Origin: Candidatus Poribacteria bacterium
GTDB lineage: Bacteria; Poribacteria; WGA-4E; WGA-3G
Reading direction: 5' to 3'
Length of the DNA: 64,000 nucleotides
Assembly: GCA_963668035.1 (NCBI GenBank)
Contig: OY764073.1
Location: 565-64,564 of the forward strand
Shown here: positions 57,710 to 64,000 of the stretch, piece by piece
How the letters are laid out: every line of letters begins with the position of its first letter
Numbering within the stretch: the stretch's first letter is position 1
The notes under the pieces: model-generated
Told to the model about the DNA's origin: nothing
Databases searched by the model: none
What the model saw: only the letters and a program-made list of their open reading frames with translations
Translations under genes and position numbers: made by a program

Positions 57710-59614
57710 ATGGTTCTGACACGTGGTGTCACCCTAAAATCGGTAGCAGTGGCACTTATCTTAATCCCGATCAACTGCTATTGGATTATGTATACCGAGA
57801 TGGTCTGGTGGGGGCTCTTTCCGACAACGATGTCGCTCTTTTTCAATGCGGTCTTTTTTCTTTTTCTTATCACCCTCCTGAACCTGCTGCTTCGGCGCCT
57901 CAAACAACAGTGGGCATTGACACACGGCGAGCTGCTCGTTATCTATGTGATGCTTTGTATGGCGAGTGCTATCGCCTCACACGATCACGCGCAGGTGCTG
58001 ATCCCGATGATCGGACACGTTTTTTGGTTCGATACACCGGAAAACGAGTGGCGAGAACTGTTATACCGATACATGCCGACATGGGGGACAGTCCAAGATA
58101 AACGGATCTTGGAGGGATTTTACGAGGGACAATCCACGGTTTATGACACAGAGGTTTTACAGGCGTGGTTAGGCCCCACATTGTGGTGGACAAGTTTTAT
58201 TGTCGTGCTTGTCTTTGTTATGCTGTGCATCAACGTTGTGCTACGCAAACAGTGGACAGAACGCGAGAAACTCGCGTATCCGATCATCCAACTGCCGTTA
58301 GAAATGACGCGGGACAGCGGTGCCAACTTCTTCCGGGGCAGGGTCTTTTGGACAGCATTTATCCTCGTTTCACTCCTGAATCTTATTAACGGACTCAGTT
58401 ATCTCTTTCCAACGATCCCGATCATCGGGGTTCGGTTTCGGAATATCAGCCAGTTTTTCACTGAAAAACCGTGGAACGCCATCGGCTGGACACCGTTCTC
58501 TATCTATCCGTTTGTGATCGGACTCGGATTCTTTATGCCGTTGGATTTGTCGTTTTCTTGTTGGTTCTTTTATCTGTTTCGCAAGATGCAACGGGTCGGC
58601 GGCGCGATCATCGGGGTTCGCGGTTTACCGGGGTTCCCCTATGACCGACAGCAATCCTTGGGGGCATATCTCGGACTCGCGATTTTCGCGGTATGGGCGA
58701 GTCGCAAATACCTCGCTGAAGTCTTCAAACAGGTCATCACGGGGCGTTCGAGTCTTGATGAATCGGTTGAACCGATGCGGTACCGTGCCGCTATCATCGG
58801 TATTGTGTTGGGATGCATCTATCTTATAGCGTTTTCTGTGAAGATAGGCATCAGCATTTCGCTCGGTATCGCCTTTTTCGTCATGTATTTCGCGCTGTCA
58901 ACGGGGATCACACGGATGCGGGTGGAATCTGGCGCACCCGCCCATGACTTACACTTTATGGGACCCGATTACGCCTTGCCGGCGATTTTAGGGTCACGCC
59001 GCATGGGTGGCTCCAATCTCACCGCGCTCACCTTTCTATTTTTCTTCAATCGCGCCCACCGCAGCCATCCGATGCCGCATCAGTTGGAGGGTTTCCAACT
59101 CGCGTCACGGGCGCGATTTAACCCGAAACCGTTGGTGTGGGTCATGCTGTTGGCGGTGTTTGTGGGGTCTATCGGCTCTTTCTGGGCATATCTGCATGAT
59201 GTCTACCGCTTCGGGTCATCGGGCAGTTTCGCACACCACCCTTTCAATCGCCTCCAGCAGCAGCTCAATTTCCCGACGAACACGAACATCCCTGAAGTGA
59301 CGTTTATGGGTATCGGGATGGGGTTCACGTTTCTGCTGATGTTTCTACGGATGCGTTTCTTTTGGTGGCCCTTTCATGCTGTCGGTTATGCTGTATCCGG
59401 GGCAGCGGATTGGTGTATGAACTGGCTCTGGATCTCCCTCATGATTAGCACAATCGCGAAATGGTTGATTATCAAACAGGGCGGGTTGCAGCTACACCGG
59501 AAAGCAGCACCTTTTTTCCTCGGTTTGATTCTGGGCGAGTTCGTGGCAGGGAGTTTATGGAGTTTCTACGGTATGGCAACGGAGACCCGTATATTTCCAT
59601 TTAAGGATTGGTGA
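57710..59614 (+). CDS. Polytopic membrane protein, DUF6785/DUF6784-like putative transporter
   Basis: ELLVIYVML, RKQWTEREKLAYP, RMRVESG, WWPFHAVGY, PFFLGLILGE; many TMs. Confidence 0.72.
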   Translation: MVLTRGVTLKSVAVALILIPINCYWIMYTEMVWWGLFPTTMSLFFNAVFFLFLITLLNLLLRRLKQQWALTHGELLVIYVMLCMASAIASHDHAQVLIPMIGHVFWFDTPENEWRELLYRYMPTWGTVQDKRILEGFYEGQSTVYDTEVLQAWLGPTLWWTSFIVVLVFVMLCINVVLRKQWTEREKLAYPIIQLPLEMTRDSGANFFRGRVFWTAFILVSLLNLINGLSYLFPTIPIIGVRFRNISQFFTEKPWNAIGWTPFSIYPFVIGLGFFMPLDLSFSCWFFYLFRKMQRVGGAIIGVRGLPGFPYDRQQSLGAYLGLAIFAVWASRKYLAEVFKQVITGRSSLDESVEPMRYRAAIIGIVLGCIYLIAFSVKIGISISLGIAFFVMYFALSTGITRMRVESGAPAHDLHFMGPDYALPAILGSRRMGGSNLTALTFLFFFNRAHRSHPMPHQLEGFQLASRARFNPKPLVWVMLLAVFVGSIGSFWAYLHDVYRFGSSGSFAHHPFNRLQQQLNFPTNTNIPEVTFMGIGMGFTFLLMFLRMRFFWWPFHAVGYAVSGAADWCMNWLWISLMISTIAKWLIIKQGGLQLHRKAAPFFLGLILGEFVAGSLWSFYGMATETRIFPFKDW

Positions 59615-60098
59615 TTCCTTCTGTATGCAATTTCATAGGTCGGTTAGATGAAATTTAGAGAACCATTAACTTCATCTAAATATCTGCCGATTTATGATTA
59701 TTGATAATGAAACCCAGTATCAAATAAGTTTTTCCAAAGTAATGATATTTTACGATAAACCCTTATGAGACCAGGGTTTATGGACTTTCTATTCTGAAAA
59801 TCTAACACTCGGATTTTGAGTGGCGGGTGTGATACTGAAAGCGTTGGTATTTGGTTATCTCTCGGATGTGCTGTCGGGGAGAGGGCGGCAGCAGGGTAAA
59901 AATTCAGGGTGCGGGCCCGCTAAAATAAATTCACAATATGATAAATTATTTCAGTTCGTCGTAGGGTGTTTTTGATAGGGTATTTCTGCGAAGTTCATTC
60001 GCCTAGTGGTCAAAAAAAAGGGCGAGGTTAGGAATGCACGTCGCATTTGGGCGAGTACGCCGCAAAACCTCGCCAGCGAATACATAGGGATCCGGGTT

Positions 60099-61442
60099 TT
60101 AAGACAGGTCTCGTAAACTGCCGGTGCTATCGCCTATTTGTGCCAAATTGACATCCATACGGTTGAGCATCGAGAGCCAGAGATTGTTCAGCGGTGTCTC
60201 TTTCGGATAGCGGATATGGCGACCACTTTTAAGCGTACCACAACCGTTGCCTGCAAGCAGGATCGGGAGGTCGTGGTGGCTGTGTCGGTTGCCATCTGCG
60301 TTTCCGCTGCCGTACAAGATCATTGAATGGTCGAGGAGCGAGCCGTCCGCTTCGGGGGTCGCGTTCAACTTTTCTAAGAAGTATGCCAACTGCTGTATGT
60401 GGAAGACGTTGATTTTACGGATTTTCGCTTTCTTCTCTTCGTCGCCCCCGTGATGCGACAAGTTGTGATGTCCTTCAGTGACGTTGACAGCCGGATACGA
60501 TTTATTGCTCCCTTCATTTGCCATCACAAACGTCACAACGCGGGTCACGTCTGTCTGGAAGGCGAGGACGATCAGGTCTGTCATGAGGCGGACGTGTTCT
60601 TGGTAATCTTTGGGAATCTCTTCCGGTGCGGTGTAATCGGGGTTTTCGATCGACGGGAATTTTTCAGCCGCGTCGATTCTCAGTTCAATGTCTCGGATAG
60701 CGGAGAAGTATTCATCAAGTTTACGGACATCGTTCCCGCTTACTTGGCGGAGGAGGTCCTTTGAGTCCTGCATAACGAAGTCGAGGATACTTTTTCGTTG
60801 CTGGTCGCGCTCGGCGCGTCCCGCGTCTGGCATGGTGGAGAATAGGCGTTCAAAGGCGAGTTTCGGGTTAACCTCTTTTGGGAGTGGCTGCGTTGCGGAA
60901 CGCCACGACAGCGTTGAGGAGTAGACGCAGCTATAACCCGAGTCACAGTTACCTGATCTGTATCCGGGATCGATACCGAGTTCCAGAGATGGGAGACGGG
61001 TTTGATCGCCGATATTCGCTGCTGCGGCTTGGTCAACGGAAACGCCTGCGTGAATGTCCGCACCGTCGGTTTTACGGGGTTGCGTGCCTGTCAGGAAGGC
61101 TGCCATCGCGCGTGCGTGATCGCCGCCGCCGTCGCCGTTGGCGCGTGCTTTATCCGCTGTGAGACCGCTGAGTACGAGTGTTTTATCCTTCACATTTACC
61201 AAGGGTTTCAAGAGATCCGTGAGTTCGTAGCCGGTCCCTACCTGTTTCGGTGTCCAATCCTCCATAATTTTTCCGTTGGGTACATAGAGGAACGCCATCC
61301 GATTAGGGACTGTCTGTGTCGCGTTTGCGGGCGCGGCTGCCCACGATGTAACAGGTCCCATCACTTCCAACCACGGTAGCGCGATGGTGACTCCCAAACC
61401 TTGTAGAAATGTCCGACGTGAAAGTTGTTTTGAAGTGCTCAT
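60099..61442 (-). CDS. DUF1552 domain protein (Tat-type leader)
   Basis: SRRTFLQGLG..IALPWLE, YVPNG, SVDQ, CDSGYSCVY, NP..AFERLF, HNLSHH. Confidence 0.9.
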   Translation of the reverse strand: MSTSKQLSRRTFLQGLGVTIALPWLEVMGPVTSWAAAPANATQTVPNRMAFLYVPNGKIMEDWTPKQVGTGYELTDLLKPLVNVKDKTLVLSGLTADKARANGDGGGDHARAMAAFLTGTQPRKTDGADIHAGVSVDQAAAANIGDQTRLPSLELGIDPGYRSGNCDSGYSCVYSSTLSWRSATQPLPKEVNPKLAFERLFSTMPDAGRAERDQQRKSILDFVMQDSKDLLRQVSGNDVRKLDEYFSAIRDIELRIDAAEKFPSIENPDYTAPEEIPKDYQEHVRLMTDLIVLAFQTDVTRVVTFVMANEGSNKSYPAVNVTEGHHNLSHHGGDEEKKAKIRKINVFHIQQLAYFLEKLNATPEADGSLLDHSMILYGSGNADGNRHSHHDLPILLAGNGCGTLKSGRHIRYPKETPLNNLWLSMLNRMDVNLAQIGDSTGSLRDLS

Positions 61443-61495
61443 AATAGTTCCTTGAACTGTATGATTTTTTTCGTTTCATAACTACCCGTACCACA

Positions 61496-61527
61496 ATTAT
61501 ACCTTATTTGACAAGGATTGTCAAATA
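61496..61527 (-). promoter_or_regulatory. Consensus sigma70 promoter overlapped by a palindromic operator
   Basis: Minus-strand TTGACA-17 bp-TATAAT; TATTTGACA-N5-TGTCAAATA inverted repeat at 61505-61527. Confidence 0.7.
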
Positions 61528-61546
61528 TTTATTCGGAGCGATACAA

Positions 61547-62587
61547 TTAAAAATACGGTGCCCCTTGTGCTTCGACATAGACCGAGTAAAGTGATTGACT
61601 ACCTGTCATAAAGAGTCTATTCCGTTTCACACCGCCGAAGCAGATATTTGAACAGATCTCTGGGAGATGAATTTTACCGATAAGCGTTCCGTCGGGTGCG
61701 AAAATATGCACGCCATCGTAGTCTTCACCGACCCAACCTGTTCCTGCCCAGACGTTACCATCGGTATCACACCGAAGACCGTCAGCAGCACCGGGTGCCA
61801 TCTCGTGGAATACCTGTTTGTTATCCAGTCGCTCACCGTCTATAACATCGTAGACGACGATCTGTTTGGGCGCGCCTGTGTCAGCGATATAGAGTTTATC
61901 GTAATCGGGTGAAAAGCAGATGCCGTTTGGTTTTTCGAGTGCCTCCGTTACAACAGTGGCTTTCCCTGTATCTGGGTTGAGACGATAGACACAAGTCGGC
62001 AATTCAAAGGGGGCTTTATGGCCTTCATAATTGAACATGATGCCGTATCCCGGATCCGTAAACCAGATATGTCCATCCGGGTGGACGACTGCATCGTTCG
62101 GTGCGTTAAATCGTTTGCCCTCAAAGCTATCAATTAGGACGGTGATTGTCCCATCGTATTCAGTGCGTGTAACGCGGCGTGTGCCGTGTTCGCAGCTGAT
62201 GAGTCTGCCTTGTCGGTCGCGCGTATGACCGTTGGTATGATTAGAGGGTTTGCGGTAGACGCTCACCTTACCGGTGGTTTCTTGCCATTTCAGGATACGG
62301 TTATTCGGAATATCGCTCCAGAGGAGGTATCCGCCATCACCGAACCAGACGGGTCCCTCGGACCAGCGCGCACCTGTCCATAAACGTTCTACGACGGCGT
62401 TCCCGATTTTATATTTCGCAAAACGCGGGTCGATAACTTCAACCGCTGGATCGGGGTAGCGGGTGATGGGTCCCTCTTTTGAGGGGATATCTGCCCAGGG
62501 GGTCAGCGGGTTCAATAACGGTAGAACGGCACTGGCACCTAAACCTTGTAAAAATGTTCGGCGTGAAAGTTGTTTTGATGTATTCAT
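61547..62587 (-). CDS. SMP-30/gluconolactonase/LRE family protein (Tat leader)
   Basis: WSEGPVW, WSDIPNNRI, NAPND, PNGICFSPD, ADGLRCD. Confidence 0.92.
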   Translation of the reverse strand: MNTSKQLSRRTFLQGLGASAVLPLLNPLTPWADIPSKEGPITRYPDPAVEVIDPRFAKYKIGNAVVERLWTGARWSEGPVWFGDGGYLLWSDIPNNRILKWQETTGKVSVYRKPSNHTNGHTRDRQGRLISCEHGTRRVTRTEYDGTITVLIDSFEGKRFNAPNDAVVHPDGHIWFTDPGYGIMFNYEGHKAPFELPTCVYRLNPDTGKATVVTEALEKPNGICFSPDYDKLYIADTGAPKQIVVYDVIDGERLDNKQVFHEMAPGAADGLRCDTDGNVWAGTGWVGEDYDGVHIFAPDGTLIGKIHLPEICSNICFGGVKRNRLFMTGSQSLYSVYVEAQGAPYF

Positions 62588-62617
62588 AAGCCTTTTCCAT
62601 TGTTGATGTTCGGTTTA

Positions 62618-62809
62618 TCATGAGCCATACAAATCATTGCGTGGTAAACTCCCTTGAGCGTTTGCTACATCTCTGACTGCAAGCAAAAAGGCTTCAATGT
62701 TACCATCTGCCTCATATTCCTCAAGGGCTACGGTAAGATATTCCTTCGCATACGCTGAATCTGCCAACCGCACCTTGAGACTCTCTTCGTAGTTTTTGTA
62801 TTTTCTCAT
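62618..62809 (-). pseudogene. Truncated addiction-module antidote protein (HTH missing)
   Basis: AKEYLTVALEE...EAFLLAVRDVANAQG matches the family N-terminus; the ORF stops before the expected HTH. Confidence 0.6.
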
Positions 62810-62987
62810 CGCGTTAACTCCTTAAAATGCTGCCAGTTGGTAGATCCGTATATCCATAAAACAATTATACACCACACGGGAAAAATTCTCAAGGGCGTTG
62901 GCATTGTTGGCCAGAGCCATTCAATTGTCCACTTTTCGATTAGATTTTCACCGCCAGGCCCGGGAGAAAAAACTCTCCCATCACATC

Positions 62988-63225
62988 GTAGGTTGGGTTG
63001 AACGGATACAACCAAAAGCATACAAATCAGAGAAAACCGAAACTGTTTCAAAGACCGGCATATTCACCAGAGACCGAGTGAAACCCAACGCCTTTCGGCT
63101 TTCCTGAACGCCTCGCGTTCTGAAGTTGGGTTTCTCTGCGTTCTTGATTGTGGAGACGATATGTTGAATAGGCGTGTATTGGATGTGGCACATCTATCTT
63201 CTCAGTTGCGTTCAACCCAACCTAC
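62988..63225. repeat. REP doublet / REPIN- or MITE-like element
   Basis: Perfect 17-bp terminal inverted repeats GTAGGTTGGGTTGAACG / CGTTCAACCCAACCTAC, with an inner inverted repeat GAAACCCAAC / GTTGGGTTTC. Confidence 0.8.
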
Positions 63226-63526
63226 TACGCTTAGCATTCGCTTCCAATTTCCTAACCTGCACCGACAATTGAATGTCTCTGCATTGTTGGCCAGGGTTAT
63301 TTAGTTTATATATTTAGTTTACTTTTGTGAATATATTTGCCCCTTTTTCACTCGCAAATGCCGCTGGCGAGGTTTCCTAACCTCGCCATATTCGCAAAAA
63401 AGGTGAAAATCCCAATAATTTCTTAAAACTAAATGGTCCTGCATTGTTGGCAGGTTCATTTAGTTTTCCAATAATTTGTGCAAGGATGCCCGAAACTGAA
63501 AATTGCCCAAAGTTTAGTAAGGCAAT

Positions 63527-64000
63527 CTAAAAGGACATAAAGCTCTTATAGATTTGTTCAACTTCCCTTGGGGAGGTCATGAACCATGCTTTGCCGGGAG
63601 TATCTTTTTTATGCTTACCACGAAGCTCAAGGTGAATCTGTATTAACTTTTCTAATTTTTCGGGATTGTTTGTACGGATTGTCAGTCCTATTACAGGGTA
63701 TTGAAAAGTAGATTCGTTCAACTGCTTCCTCACTCTTTCAGCTGGTGTGTCTTCGGTTTCTCCTATCTTGCATGGATAAGCAGACTGTCCATGCAATTCA
63801 GCAAAATCACGACACATGGGATAATAATAAACATAAACATAACTATCACCGTCTCCGATGGTTTTGCCATCGTCAATAACCTTATTTATATCAGAGAGGT
63901 TTTTAGATCTCGGTTCAGGTTTTGAGTCTATTTCTTTTTTTGATTCTGAAACATCAGAGAATATAGGGTCAAAATAAACTTGCCAAATGCCTTTACCTGT
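63527..64000 (-). CDS. GIY-YIG / T5orf172-like nuclease domain protein; 5' partial
   Basis: The frame is open to the window edge: GDSYVYVYYYP...CKIGET...RV..QL...LEK.I...L...WF. Confidence 0.72.
   Translation of the reverse strand, partial: TGKGIWQVYFDPIFSDVSESKKEIDSKPEPRSKNLSDINKVIDDGKTIGDGDSYVYVYYYPMCRDFAELHGQSAYPCKIGETEDTPAERVRKQLNESTFQYPVIGLTIRTNNPEKLEKLIQIHLELRGKHKKDTPGKAWFMTSPREVEQIYKSFMSF

Overview
Bacterial genomic window, about 48-50% GC by eye. It contains no rRNA, tRNA, CRISPR array, integrase or transposase that I can see. The gene content suggests a sponge-symbiont-type organism such as Candidatus Poribacteria (inference): four Cys-type sulfatases, two PhyH dioxygenases, TPR/FG-GAP/ankyrin proteins, DUF1552, a giant Ig-repeat protein with a T9SS/FlgD-like tail next to a PorV-like gene, and a selenoprotein-N-like ORF. 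Two accessory loci stand out. (1) A roughly 14-kb minus-strand cluster (19.3-33.2 kb) encodes five exported caspase-like (peptidase C14) proteins. Two keep the His-Cys dyad and three have Cys replaced by Asp or Ser. They sit with DUF4384 proteins carrying TRG motifs, a lipocalin-like lipoprotein, twin mini-lipoproteins and a selenoprotein-N-like protein split by a coiled coil. Two of the caspase genes are visible mosaics built from DNA of other genes in this window. (2) A four-gene array (39.4-45.6 kb) in which every gene fuses RDD membrane domain(s) to a PspA/IM30 (bacterial ESCRT-III) domain. Smaller signals include GTAG-type REP-like elements, a Tat leader shared by two unrelated genes, a degenerate AccA-like ORF and toxin-antitoxin remnants. 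All family assignments come from recognising motifs by eye; no searches were run.
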